DNA from: a virus
IMG/VR virus record: IMGVR_UViG_3300043399_000509
Strand: one strand, 5' to 3'
Length of the DNA: 64,000 nt
The position numbers were made by a program, and so were the translations under genes. This document shows positions 26,909 to 36,396 of the stretch, piece after piece; positions within the stretch are counted from its first letter, which is position 1; every line of letters starts with the position of its first letter. Under the pieces are notes generated by a model, which was not told the origin of the DNA, did no database searches, and was given only the letters and a program-made list of their open reading frames with translations.

Positions 26909-28225
26909 TTAGAAAGGAATCTCATCTGGTGTTGTCATCTTTACTGGAACCGTGACTGTGTACTGAAATGATGCTGCATCATAAAGAATTGTATTCAACA
27001 AGCCTACATCAACAGTACCTGAACCATCAGCAAACTGCCAAGTACCACCTACATTAGAAACGACTTTCTTTTCAGTGGTTGGCTGTGCTGCTGGAGCAGG
27101 AGCACCAATGGTCTCGTCAATCTTTTTGTACAAGTCCATAAACGAGTTCTTAGTATCAACATCAAACCGATTGAGACACAACTGAATTGCCTTTTCACGG
27201 TTGCCCTTGAAGATTGCAAAGGCTTCGCAGATGTGAACCAGACGACGAGTCGAAATGATTTCTGAGATTGCACCTTCGGCAAAAGTCTTACGAACAATCT
27301 CAGCCCAAGTCACAAGCTTCTCAACAAACTTGTCATCGGCCATACCAGACTTGGCAAGCACTGCGTTTAGAATCTTTGCCTCAGTCTTTGCATTGGGATA
27401 TTCCTGTTCCATTGTAACAGAGAAACGCTCAAGGAACGCTTCGTTCATAACGTTGGTGCCGATAAAGCGACCATCATCAGAACCCTTACCCTTTGTATTG
27501 GCCGTGGCAACGATATTGAAGCCAGTAGCAGGGGCAACATACTTGTTGATCTTCTTTAGATAGATGCCCTTACCTTCAAGGATAGGCTGGAGACACATCA
27601 GCTTGTTAGAACCAAGATCAACCTCGTCAAGCAGTAGAAGTGCACCACGTTCCATTGCGACAATGACCGGACCATTCTGCCATACGGTCTTACCGTCAAT
27701 CAAACGGAAGCCGCCGATCAAATCGTCTTCATCAGTTTCAATCGTAATGTTGACACGGATGCACTCACGCTTTTCGGCAGCACAAACCTGTTCAACCATC
27801 ATTGTCTTACCGTTACCAGATAGGCCGGTGATATACAGGGGATAGAACTTACGAGAAGCAATGATAGAACGAACATCCTTGAAATGACCGAACGGAACAT
27901 AACCAGCAACCTTTTCAGGCACAAGCGACACTTCGGTCGTTACGGTGGAATCAGACTTTACCAAAGAAAGAGCCATATTTACGGTTGCCTCATTATCCAT
28001 TGTTACAGGGGCGGGTGTTACTACTGGTGCGGCAGCAACAGGGCCAGAGAGAGAATACACACCACGAGAAACACGCAGGGTGGAATCATTCAAAAGCCAC
28101 GTAGGTAAACCAATACCAGATTCCTTACATACTTCGGTAACCTGCTGCCGAGTAATACTTGTAATAGTACCATACTTTGCGGCAACAGCATCAGTAAACT
28201 TTTGACGGTCAACAGTCTTAGCCAT
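26909..28225 (-). CDS. cobS: CobS-like MoxR-type AAA+ ATPase
   Basis: GLSGNGKT, ETDEDDLIGGF, LLLDE, ATANTKGKG, NEAFLERF and ISTRRL; start taken at MAKTVD. Confidence 0.9.
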   Translation of the reverse strand: MAKTVDRQKFTDAVAAKYGTITSITRQQVTEVCKESGIGLPTWLLNDSTLRVSRGVYSLSGPVAAAPVVTPAPVTMDNEATVNMALSLVKSDSTVTTEVSLVPEKVAGYVPFGHFKDVRSIIASRKFYPLYITGLSGNGKTMMVEQVCAAEKRECIRVNITIETDEDDLIGGFRLIDGKTVWQNGPVIVAMERGALLLLDEVDLGSNKLMCLQPILEGKGIYLKKINKYVAPATGFNIVATANTKGKGSDDGRFIGTNVMNEAFLERFSVTMEQEYPNAKTEAKILNAVLAKSGMADDKFVEKLVTWAEIVRKTFAEGAISEIISTRRLVHICEAFAIFKGNREKAIQLCLNRFDVDTKNSFMDLYKKIDETIGAPAPAAQPTTEKKVVSNVGGTWQFADGSGTVDVGLLNTILYDAASFQYTVTVPVKMTTPDEIPF

Positions 28226-28257
28226 CTTTAGAACCTTTCTCTCATCATCATAAGAAT

Positions 28258-28286
28258 AATATATCACAGTGAAACGGGAAAGTCAA
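28258..28286 (-). promoter_or_regulatory. Sigma70-like early promoter of cobS
   Basis: TTGACT-N17-TATATT with an extended -10 TGn. Confidence 0.65.
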
Positions 28287-28320
28287 GGGCTGATTTTATC
28301 AATGTTTTCAGCCCTTGACT
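28281..28320. repeat. 13-bp perfect inverted repeat
   Basis: AGTCAAGGGCTGA-N14-TCAGCCCTTGACT. Confidence 0.85.
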
Positions 28321-28327
28321 AGTTGAC

Positions 28328-30532
28328 CTATGCAACCCGACAAACCTTATCCATAAACTTGGACAGTAGCACTCGGTTTACAGTTTTCTTTTCGGCAAAC
28401 TTGATAAAGGCACTTGCGAGTCTCTGTTTGGATATGCCAGGGGCAACAGACTCAAACTTATCAGCCGATTTAGTTTGAGTGTTGATGATGTAGTAATCAT
28501 CATAGCCCTTGCTTGAAATTGCAATGTAACCGTTATCACTCCACTGTTTCTTATTCTCAGCATTGTATGGATCAAGCAAGTAACCAGCATTACGCAATGA
28601 ACCACTATGAAGATAGAAGCCAATAACATTACTTTGTGTTCGATCCTTGAGAATTTTCAACAAGGTATCAGTCATAACCTGACCGTGCATACTATTGATG
28701 TTATATGACTTCTTCATAACGGTATCATTTAAAATATACATATTACCCTTTGGTTTGTGGGGCAAGTATGTTCTGCTTTGATCGTGGTAACCAGTAATAG
28801 AATCCGATCCACCATCAGTCAAGAAAATGGTATTCACACCCTGCAACTTATTCTTTTTACGGAAGTCATTGACGATAGTTTCGGCAACAACAATCGCTTG
28901 GTTGAGCGGTGTGGATTCCATCTTATCACAAGGATAGTAAAGCCTATTCGTTGCGTGAGCAAACAGGATTTCAAATGCCTTGTTTAGAGTAGAGGTGTTC
29001 ATCCGTGAAGATAGGATGTTTCGCAGTTTGAAGTTATGAAATGTGATATCGTTTGTTTTATAATCAAACTGCTTACTAAATCTTTCCTGTGAGTCGGCTT
29101 CACGGAACAGATACACATCAAAAGGAATCTGCACTCGCTTACAGAACATCACAAGAGACATTAGCTGCTTCATTGTATATTCAATGTTATAGACCATTGA
29201 ACCTGACCAATCAAGGAACATACAGAAGCCATAGTTTTTACCCTCGGGCACTACCGATGTACGACGGAAAATATCATCATTGTACTTGTATGAAAACATC
29301 TTGTTTGTGTCAATAACACCAGTCTTAGCAATACGAGTGCGAGAGTAAGCATCGGCACGTTTCTTCATTTCAAACTCTTTGACCATGAAAGAGATTGAGT
29401 CGTTTTCCTTTTGCTTGAATGTCACAAAGTTTTTCTGGGCACTCTGTACACTAGTCCAGTTAGACTTGTAACGAGCATACTCCTTTTCCATTTGTGGAAT
29501 AACAACAGAGAAGTCATCAACAATGTTTTTGATATCATACTTTGGAATCGTCAAATAGACATAGTTGACATCATCATTACGAACAATGGTATCCAAGTTT
29601 TTGTTAGCGGCTTTTTCAGTTTCGCTATCTGGGATATCGTTTTCTGTTGAATCAAATGACCCACCAACCTCACTATTCTTGCTTGGCTTTGACTTTACTT
29701 TTGATTCAGTTTCATCGTCACCAGATTCTGAGTCTGCGTCACCATCGCCTTCATCACCATCAGCAACATCATCAGATTCATCGTCACCATCAGTGCTAAC
29801 ACTTCCAATACCATCATCAGAGTCATTGCTATCCTCACCATCACCATCAACATCTTCATAGTCAAAGTCCATATCATCTTCATCAACTTCATCTAACTCA
29901 ATGTCATCAGATGCAGTTTGACTCTTGATCTTATTGGCATCAAGACAGAACTTATAAACATCTTCGGTCAATGCAATCACATCTTCAAATGTTTCGGCAT
30001 TGTCAATACGATTGACGAAAACCATTTCAGGGGCAGAAAACTTGATACCAAGTAATACGCCACCCTTGAAGTACATATTGAGACGATCAATAAAATTGAA
30101 AGAGTTTACATCCTTACCAAGCGTACCAAAGAAATTGCGTTCAAACAATTCCTTATAGCCAGCAACATAGTTGCGGCGTGAACCAGGATAACGACGCTTT
30201 TGACGCTTGTCGATACGAGCATCTTCAATGACGTTCATAAAGTTTTTGATGGCACCCCTTGCCTTATCAGGGTTTTCAGGGTGATACTTTTTCGCAATGG
30301 CATTGATATGTTCAATCCAGGCATCACCCGGAGTGTCCAAAGCGTGGCCCGTTTCGTGAACCACAAGCATATCATACAAGTCATCAGAAATATTCTGCCA
30401 TACAGGTAGAATAAGGTTGCGATTCTTTACATCAAAAGAGGCAGTCTTTGCACCGGGACTATGCATAACAGTAATATTTTCAGTGGCCAATAGTCGGGCC
30501 AACTGAGATTTGATTTGATTTGTTGCGGTCAT
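28328..30532 (-). CDS. cobT: CobT-like protein: HExxH domain, acidic linker and vWA domain
   Basis: HETGH, NVIEDARI, D/E-rich linker and vWA MIDAS motifs LDWSGSM...STPLN...FLTDG. Confidence 0.85.
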   Translation of the reverse strand: MTATNQIKSQLARLLATENITVMHSPGAKTASFDVKNRNLILPVWQNISDDLYDMLVVHETGHALDTPGDAWIEHINAIAKKYHPENPDKARGAIKNFMNVIEDARIDKRQKRRYPGSRRNYVAGYKELFERNFFGTLGKDVNSFNFIDRLNMYFKGGVLLGIKFSAPEMVFVNRIDNAETFEDVIALTEDVYKFCLDANKIKSQTASDDIELDEVDEDDMDFDYEDVDGDGEDSNDSDDGIGSVSTDGDDESDDVADGDEGDGDADSESGDDETESKVKSKPSKNSEVGGSFDSTENDIPDSETEKAANKNLDTIVRNDDVNYVYLTIPKYDIKNIVDDFSVVIPQMEKEYARYKSNWTSVQSAQKNFVTFKQKENDSISFMVKEFEMKKRADAYSRTRIAKTGVIDTNKMFSYKYNDDIFRRTSVVPEGKNYGFCMFLDWSGSMVYNIEYTMKQLMSLVMFCKRVQIPFDVYLFREADSQERFSKQFDYKTNDITFHNFKLRNILSSRMNTSTLNKAFEILFAHATNRLYYPCDKMESTPLNQAIVVAETIVNDFRKKNKLQGVNTIFLTDGGSDSITGYHDQSRTYLPHKPKGNMYILNDTVMKKSYNINSMHGQVMTDTLLKILKDRTQSNVIGFYLHSGSLRNAGYLLDPYNAENKKQWSDNGYIAISSKGYDDYYIINTQTKSADKFESVAPGISKQRLASAFIKFAEKKTVNRVLLSKFMDKVCRVA

Positions 30533-30557
30533 AATGTCCTCTCACAAGTTATACATA

Positions 30558-30613
30558 ATAATAACACAGCCAAAATGAAATCGCAACATACAAAAATGCA
30601 TGGCTGCTATGCA
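30558..30613 (-). promoter_or_regulatory. Early promoter with upstream palindromic box
   Basis: TTGCGA-N17-TATTAT; GCATAGCAGCCATGC lies 11 nt upstream of the -35. Confidence 0.6.
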
Positions 30614-30615
30614 AA

Positions 30616-30819
30616 TCATACTTTGGGTAATCGCACTTTCATCATTTGCGATGATGACATATCCCTGGGTGGAACCTTTGTAAGCTTCCAGGGTGTCCAC
30701 TTGTATCCAAAACGTGGATCACGGTACTGTGATCGTCTAAACCACTTACCATCCTTATTTTGAACATGGTGTGATTGTGATGTGTAGTCCATAGAATAAG
30801 TTGTATAAACTATATACAT
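30616..30819 (-). CDS. Hypothetical early protein
   Basis: 67-aa ORF with GGAGG RBS downstream of a promoter. Confidence 0.6.
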   Translation of the reverse strand: MYIVYTTYSMDYTSQSHHVQNKDGKWFRRSQYRDPRFGYKWTPWKLTKVPPRDMSSSQMMKVRLPKV

Positions 30820-30852
30820 TTGTCTACGACCTCCATCAGCGATTATGTAAGT

Positions 30853-30922
30853 ATATTACCACCATCCAACCCAAAATTCAATAAATGATAATGCATAGCA
30901 GCCATGCTAAAAACGCATAGCT
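30853..30922 (-). promoter_or_regulatory. Early promoter with upstream palindromic box
   Basis: TTGAAT-N17-TAATAT; GCATGGCTGCTATGC lies 11 nt upstream of the -35. Confidence 0.6.
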
Positions 30923-30931
30923 ACATACAAC

Positions 30932-31123
30932 TCAGGCTTCCCAAGCCCCATGTATTACACACCAGTCAGCAATACATTTCTCTTTTGTAATAAGAGAACT
31001 ACGTTCACCAAACTTGCGAATCATTCTGTGTCGCCAATGATGCCAGTACAACTCCAAAATCTCATCCTCGGTTTTATACACAAGTTCTGGGGCACCGGGC
31101 TCATTATAGCAATAAGTTTTCAT
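30932..31123 (-). CDS. Hypothetical protein
   Basis: 63 aa; TEDEIL..YW...CIADWCVIHGAW pattern; GAGG RBS. Confidence 0.65.
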   Translation of the reverse strand: MKTYCYNEPGAPELVYKTEDEILELYWHHWRHRMIRKFGERSSLITKEKCIADWCVIHGAWEA

Positions 31124-31308
31124 TTATCAACCTCTAAACTTTTGTCTAATAATGCTTCTACAAGATTTGTGTATTCTTTTAGAATTTCTGCTTTTTTGTT
31201 GACAACGATCCACACATTTCTATTTTTTGCGTGGACCAATGCCAAGTCTCCTTTTTTACCTAAAAGGAAGCAATCTTGTGTAAGCATATCAAACTTCATT
31301 ATTGCCAA
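31120..31308 (-). CDS. Hypothetical protein
   Basis: 62-aa ORF overlapping its neighbours. Confidence 0.5.
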   Translation of the reverse strand: MAIMKFDMLTQDCFLLGKKGDLALVHAKNRNVWIVVNKKAEILKEYTNLVEALLDKSLEVDK

Positions 31309-31520
31309 CCTGTATCAAAGTCATCAACAAACCAAGAGTTATAGAATGTTCTACGCTTTTGAGACATAGGTGGAGTGAAGTCAATCTTATCGAAAGAAAC
31401 GGCAGACTTACAACAAGTACAGGTACCAATATACATAACCATTTCGTTTTTCTTTATGGCTGGATAATAACTCCAGCTATGATAGTTGAAAAAACAGGCT
31501 ATTCTTCTTAGAAATCTCAT
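31299..31520 (-). CDS. Hypothetical small Cys/His protein
   Basis: MRFLRRIACFFNYHSW...CTCC; ATGA overlap with the PiT stop. Confidence 0.5.
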   Translation of the reverse strand: MRFLRRIACFFNYHSWSYYPAIKKNEMVMYIGTCTCCKSAVSFDKIDFTPPMSQKRRTFYNSWFVDDFDTGWQ

Positions 31521-32512
31521 ACCGTGAACTCCATAGCTAAGAACCAGAATGCATAGGCTAACAACGCAGAACAGGGAATAGTAAGAATCCAGGCAACCAC
31601 AATATCTCGTGCTTTCTTCCATTTTACTTTTGGTTCGGGCTCGCTGGCACCTACACCAAGAATAGCACCTGTGATTGTGTGAGTTGTGCTAACAGGAATA
31701 CCAACAGCACTGGCAACAAATAACATACCACTACCACCAGCCTCAGCACAGAAACCCTGTTTACAGTTTAGACTTGTAAGTTTGAAACCAAGTGTTTGTA
31801 CGATCTTCCATCCACCAGCAAGAGTACCAAGACCCATAACAGTAAATGAAACAAAAACAACCCACATTGGAATAGCATCTTCTTTTGTGAGATAACCACC
31901 AGCAATAAGGATTAGAAAGATAATACCTGCTGTCTTTTGGGCATCATTGGCACCGTGTCCCATTGAATAACACGCCGCTGAAACCAACTGTAGTCTTTTG
32001 AACCATTTGTTTGTGATTGGTGTATCTTTTGGAAACATATTTCGCATTGCTGTATGAATACCAGCACCAAGAATAAATCCAATCATTGGAGCAACGACAA
32101 TAAATGCCAGAATGGGATAGAACCCAGGAAGAACCGCACCTGTACCAAAAGAAGGTACAGCAGCACCAATCAAACCACCAATCAAGGCGTGTGATGAACT
32201 TGTTGGCATTGCCAAATACCAAGTAATCATATTCCAGGTAATAGCACCCATCAAACAACCAAACACAACTTGTAGGGTGATTGCTTCAGGGGTGATAATA
32301 CCTTTACCCATTGTTGCTGCTACTTTGAGCGAAATGAAAAACATAACAATAAAATTAAAAAATGCTGCCATACAGACAGCTTGAAGTGGTGTTAATGTTT
32401 TTGTTGCCACGACTGTTGCGATACTATTAGCAGCATCGTGGAATCCATTTGTGAAGTCAAATATCAGGGCGATAATGACTAGTGCACACGTTATATAAAA
32501 TACTGTATCCAT
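31517..32512 (-). CDS. pit: Inorganic phosphate transporter (PiT/PHO4 family)
   Basis: NGFHDAANSIAT, PTSSSHALIGG, HGANDAQK and PVSTTH; multiple TM helices. Confidence 0.95.
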   Translation of the reverse strand: MDTVFYITCALVIIALIFDFTNGFHDAANSIATVVATKTLTPLQAVCMAAFFNFIVMFFISLKVAATMGKGIITPEAITLQVVFGCLMGAITWNMITWYLAMPTSSSHALIGGLIGAAVPSFGTGAVLPGFYPILAFIVVAPMIGFILGAGIHTAMRNMFPKDTPITNKWFKRLQLVSAACYSMGHGANDAQKTAGIIFLILIAGGYLTKEDAIPMWVVFVSFTVMGLGTLAGGWKIVQTLGFKLTSLNCKQGFCAEAGGSGMLFVASAVGIPVSTTHTITGAILGVGASEPEPKVKWKKARDIVVAWILTIPCSALLAYAFWFLAMEFTV

Positions 32513-32520
32513 AAAATCCT

Positions 32521-32976
32521 CTATTTTTTTCTACACCAATCAGTTGACTTTTTTTCGCCGTGATATTCAACTGCATGGCCTTTTTCAATCATTAGTTTAC
32601 TAAGATATTTACCATCAATCTCCAAGTCTCCCAAAACTCTACCTCCATACTTGTCCCACTTTTTCAAGTGAATCTTTACATCCTTTGCCTTAGATAATGT
32701 TTCTTCAACAAACTGTTTGGCAGCAATGGATTTCAAGTCTTCAAGTTTACATTTGGCAAGAATGCCTTTCTCTGGTGTATCAATACCAAGAACTCTCAGA
32801 TTTAGTTTTTGATTTAGTTCTTTGGGTAAAAATGGTGCTTCAATCTCAATCGTGTCGCCGTCTATCACTCTATTGATTGGATAAGAATATGTTCCAGGTA
32901 TTTGTACAAAATGACTTAGAACTGCCAGGGTAGCAGTAGCAGCAACGGCTGTCAATGTGGTTTTATTTTCTTTCAT
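32521..32976 (-). CDS. Thermonuclease (SNase) family protein with hydrophobic N-terminus
   Basis: RVIDGDT, RVLGIDTPE, DKYGGRVLG and GHA. Confidence 0.9.
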   Translation of the reverse strand: MKENKTTLTAVAATATLAVLSHFVQIPGTYSYPINRVIDGDTIEIEAPFLPKELNQKLNLRVLGIDTPEKGILAKCKLEDLKSIAAKQFVEETLSKAKDVKIHLKKWDKYGGRVLGDLEIDGKYLSKLMIEKGHAVEYHGEKKSTDWCRKK

Positions 32977-32978
32977 TC

Positions 32979-34694
32979 CTATGATATTATCCTACTGAAG
33001 TTTTTCACTTTTCCAAACTTATATACTTTTTTGAACTTATCAATGAGTGAGTCTGTTTTGTGGCTGATGATAAGAACATTGGTATCCCCAACCAGCGACC
33101 ACATAATCTTTAAAAACTCATCTGTGCCATTGGCATCCAAAGAACCATCAAAGACCTCATCAAAGATAAGTAGATTGGTACTGGCACTGTTTCTTAGTTT
33201 TGCTATTGATCGCCAAGCCATAAGAATGGCAAGGTCTATACGAAACTTTTCACCCTCACTGAAGTTTTGATAACTAAACTCATCTCTGTATCTGGACTTT
33301 ATTGTTTCTTCAAACTGTTCGTTGATATTGAAGTTCACAAAGAAACCCATATCCAGCAGGTATTTATTGATCTGTTTATTGATGATAGGCAGATACTGCT
33401 TGATGATTTTGGTTTTGATACCGCCATCCTTGAGTAGTTGTGCGGCTGTATCAATATACTTTCTTTCTTCAAAGAGTTCAGTCTTTTCATTATAAAGACT
33501 CGATAGTTCGTTTGTGATCTTATCAAGTTCTGCCTGACTGCTTTGAGATAGAGTATCAGCCTGTGATATATTATCGGCCTGTGCTTTCAGGGTCTTTATG
33601 TTGGAGTTGATATAGACAATATTGGATTTGATCTGGGCTTGCTTTTCTCTCAGTTTGGATGCTTTCTGTAGCTTTGATTCAATCTCATTCAGTTCATCCA
33701 CAACAGCAGACATTTGCTTGGCAATATCAGCAAGACCAGTTTTCAACTTGCCTATGTGTTCATTATGCGAACATATCTTGTTAGACTTGAATGTCTCATC
33801 CAAGTTTTGCTGACAGGTAGGGCAGGTAACATTCTCACCCAGAAACTTTACTTCACCCTCATATCTATTGAGATTGGTTGAAATCTGAGATTGAAGTGTG
33901 ATAAGTTTTTTGTGCTTATTCTTCAACTTGAACTGAGCCGTTGTTTCATCCAATAGACTATCGTGTTCTTTGGTAATTGTTTCCAAATCAGCAGTATACT
34001 TCTCAATAGCCTCTTTGTTTTCAGCAATAAGAGTTTCAATGTCTTTAATTTTGGAGGCATTATTTTCTTTTAGATTTTCCAGTGTCTTTTCTACAAAGAC
34101 CTTTGAATCTTCCTTTGACTTGATTTCAATCTTGTTCTTTTCAATGTTTTCTTTGTTGGCTTGAAGTTTCTGCTTTACAATACCAGACATCACAGAAAAT
34201 ACTTGAATATCAAGCAGGTCTTCAATCACAGCCCGTCTATCAGCAGGAGTCAACTGCATAAATGGTGTGAATGATGCTGATCCAAGAATAACAATCTGGC
34301 AGAATGTCTTGTAGTTCATCCGCAAAATGAACTTTTCAAGGTAGTCCTGGTAATCCTTGGATGCTGAGTCTTGGTTGATAAAGACACCATCACAATGTAT
34401 TTCAAATATAGTGGGTTTGATTCCCCTGATGATTTTATACTTCTTATTGTTTGTGGAAAATTCAATCTCAACCACACAGTTCTTCTCATTGATAGAATTA
34501 CATAGTTGTGGTTTATTGATCTTCCTGAACGGCTTACCAAACAAAACAAAGCATAGAGCATCCAGGATTGTTGATTTCCCAGCTCCATTTTCACCAATAA
34601 TCAAGGCATTTGAATACTTGTTTAGTTCAATTTCCGTAAAGACATTACCAGTTGATAACAAGTTCTTCCAGCGGATTTTTTCGAATACGATCAT
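32979..34694 (-). CDS. gp46: Recombination exonuclease ATPase subunit (gp46, SbcC/Rad50-like)
   Basis: GENGAGKST, CPTC hook, FSEGEK, DEVFDGSLD and ISH. Confidence 0.96.
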   Translation of the reverse strand: MIVFEKIRWKNLLSTGNVFTEIELNKYSNALIIGENGAGKSTILDALCFVLFGKPFRKINKPQLCNSINEKNCVVEIEFSTNNKKYKIIRGIKPTIFEIHCDGVFINQDSASKDYQDYLEKFILRMNYKTFCQIVILGSASFTPFMQLTPADRRAVIEDLLDIQVFSVMSGIVKQKLQANKENIEKNKIEIKSKEDSKVFVEKTLENLKENNASKIKDIETLIAENKEAIEKYTADLETITKEHDSLLDETTAQFKLKNKHKKLITLQSQISTNLNRYEGEVKFLGENVTCPTCQQNLDETFKSNKICSHNEHIGKLKTGLADIAKQMSAVVDELNEIESKLQKASKLREKQAQIKSNIVYINSNIKTLKAQADNISQADTLSQSSQAELDKITNELSSLYNEKTELFEERKYIDTAAQLLKDGGIKTKIIKQYLPIINKQINKYLLDMGFFVNFNINEQFEETIKSRYRDEFSYQNFSEGEKFRIDLAILMAWRSIAKLRNSASTNLLIFDEVFDGSLDANGTDEFLKIMWSLVGDTNVLIISHKTDSLIDKFKKVYKFGKVKNFSRIIS

Positions 34695-34885
34695 ACTTTT
34701 CTATCTATTGTGAGATTATTGTCTATACGAATATGTTTGTTGTTCCAGGTCCAACATTCACCTGTCTCTTGTTGAAAGCATACCCAAAGCAAATCAATTT
34801 CCAAGCCATAGTCAATAAGAAAGTGTGCTACTGCTTTTCCTTTGGGTGTTATCATCATCAAAGGTGGATTCAATTGTATCATCAT
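34691..34885 (-). CDS. Conserved hypothetical protein
   Basis: QLNPP...TPKG...IDYG...W...TGECW; lies between gp47 and gp46. Confidence 0.65.
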   Translation of the reverse strand: MMIQLNPPLMMITPKGKAVAHFLIDYGLEIDLLWVCFQQETGECWTWNNKHIRIDNNLTIDRKV

Positions 34886-35961
34886 TATTCAATATGTTCA
34901 CTTTCCAATGCTTCAGCATATATGTTTTTCATATAAGACTTCATTCTACCATTATCAATATTCAAAGTCAAGCCATCAATATACTTGTTCAATAGTGTTG
35001 GTGTATCCTGTGCCTGATCCACAACCTCATCATCATTATCTATGATAGTAGAAATGTCTTCAACGATTGATATGTCCACTGGTGATACAGCATAGAGTTT
35101 ATCCAACAGTAAATCAAAGGCATATGGATTTGTTCTGTTAGAGCATAGGACTTTGATATAACAATGGGCATACTCACTATAATCTGTTGATTGGATATGC
35201 TTCAACATATCTGGTTCTTTTACATCATCATATTCAATCGTTTTGAATATTCTGTGTGGATTACGAATAAACTCAAACTTCTTTGTTTCAGTATCAAAGA
35301 CTGTAAATCCACGGGGATCGCCATAGTCTGCCCAGGTATGTTCAGTAAAGGCACCAAGATAATGAATATTGCCTTGTGATGATTTAGAATGATAATGACC
35401 AGAAAACACCAAGTCAAAGTCTTTGAAAATACTTCTATCATCACCGTGATCTGAGACAATACCCTTGAATAACTGAAATCCAGTTATTTCAAAATGACCC
35501 ATCAAAATCTTGGAAGATGTTGTCTTTATTGTGTCATAACTTTGTTTGGAATTTGACGGACAAATCCAAGGCATAAGTTGTATTTCAACACCATCAATAT
35601 CAATAAGTTCTGGTTCTGTAAAGGTAAGAATATTTTGATACTTACCTTTCACAATTTCATCCAATGAGTTCACAGTATGAAGATCACGATAGTATTGATC
35701 GTGATTACCAGCAATGATATATGTCGCAATACCTCTCTTATCCAAAGGAATAAGAAATTCTTCTCGGGCAGTCTTTGCTGTCAAGAAGTTCAAATGCTTT
35801 CTGCGATCAAACAAATCACCAAGATGAATGACTGTCTCTATCTCATTATCATCAATATATTGAAAGAACCATTTGAAAGACTTTTTGAAGTAATCAAGAA
35901 ATACTGGTGAATCATTTCTTACTCCAAGATGTGTATCTGTTATGATGGCAATCTTAGTCAT
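34885..35961 (-). CDS. gp47: Recombination endonuclease subunit (gp47, Mre11-like)
   Basis: TDTHLG, HLGDLFD, GNHD and SGHYH. Confidence 0.96.
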   Translation of the reverse strand: MTKIAIITDTHLGVRNDSPVFLDYFKKSFKWFFQYIDDNEIETVIHLGDLFDRRKHLNFLTAKTAREEFLIPLDKRGIATYIIAGNHDQYYRDLHTVNSLDEIVKGKYQNILTFTEPELIDIDGVEIQLMPWICPSNSKQSYDTIKTTSSKILMGHFEITGFQLFKGIVSDHGDDRSIFKDFDLVFSGHYHSKSSQGNIHYLGAFTEHTWADYGDPRGFTVFDTETKKFEFIRNPHRIFKTIEYDDVKEPDMLKHIQSTDYSEYAHCYIKVLCSNRTNPYAFDLLLDKLYAVSPVDISIVEDISTIIDNDDEVVDQAQDTPTLLNKYIDGLTLNIDNGRMKSYMKNIYAEALESEHIE

Positions 35962-36142
35962 GATCTCTATAAATTTTCCACAGGTCTTTTTCTAACTCAA
36001 TAATTCTTTTGTTGGCATCATATAAAGCCTGATGAAGAATATCCAACTCAGTTGCCGCCTTTTGAAGTAGCTGATTTCTTTCTTCAACCTTTTTATCATT
36101 TGTGATAACAACAAGTTCAAGGAGTTGTTTTTGAATAGACAT
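35954..36142 (-). CDS. Hypothetical coiled-coil protein
   Basis: 62-aa ORF in the operon. Confidence 0.55.
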   Translation of the reverse strand: MSIQKQLLELVVITNDKKVEERNQLLQKAATELDILHQALYDANKRIIELEKDLWKIYRDHD

Positions 36143-36153
36143 GTCTGGTGTTC

Positions 36154-36396
36154 CTATAACTTACTCTGGAGATTTATTTTTTCCATAAGTAGGGCCTGAT
36201 TTTGCTGGGTAAGTTCTTTGATCTGTTCATTGTTTGATAGAATGTGTGCATGAGTTCGATATAGTTCAGCCCACTCCAACAAACCATTTTCAAAGTATGT
36301 CTGTGCTAATGACATAGCACAGTTTTTACAAATCAAGGGACCACCACAGTTTACACCAGGACCCAAATCTTCTTCTTGTTGAGTTTCTTCGGTCAT
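36154..36396 (-). CDS. Hypothetical protein
   Basis: 80-aa ORF containing CKNC. Confidence 0.55.
   Translation of the reverse strand: MTEETQQEEDLGPGVNCGGPLICKNCAMSLAQTYFENGLLEWAELYRTHAHILSNNEQIKELTQQNQALLMEKINLQSKL

Noticed and set aside
26909-30532. cobS/cobT as cobalamin biosynthesis genes
   Set aside because: No cobN or other cob genes are in the window; this AAA/vWA pair is common in T4-like phages and the name reflects homology only.
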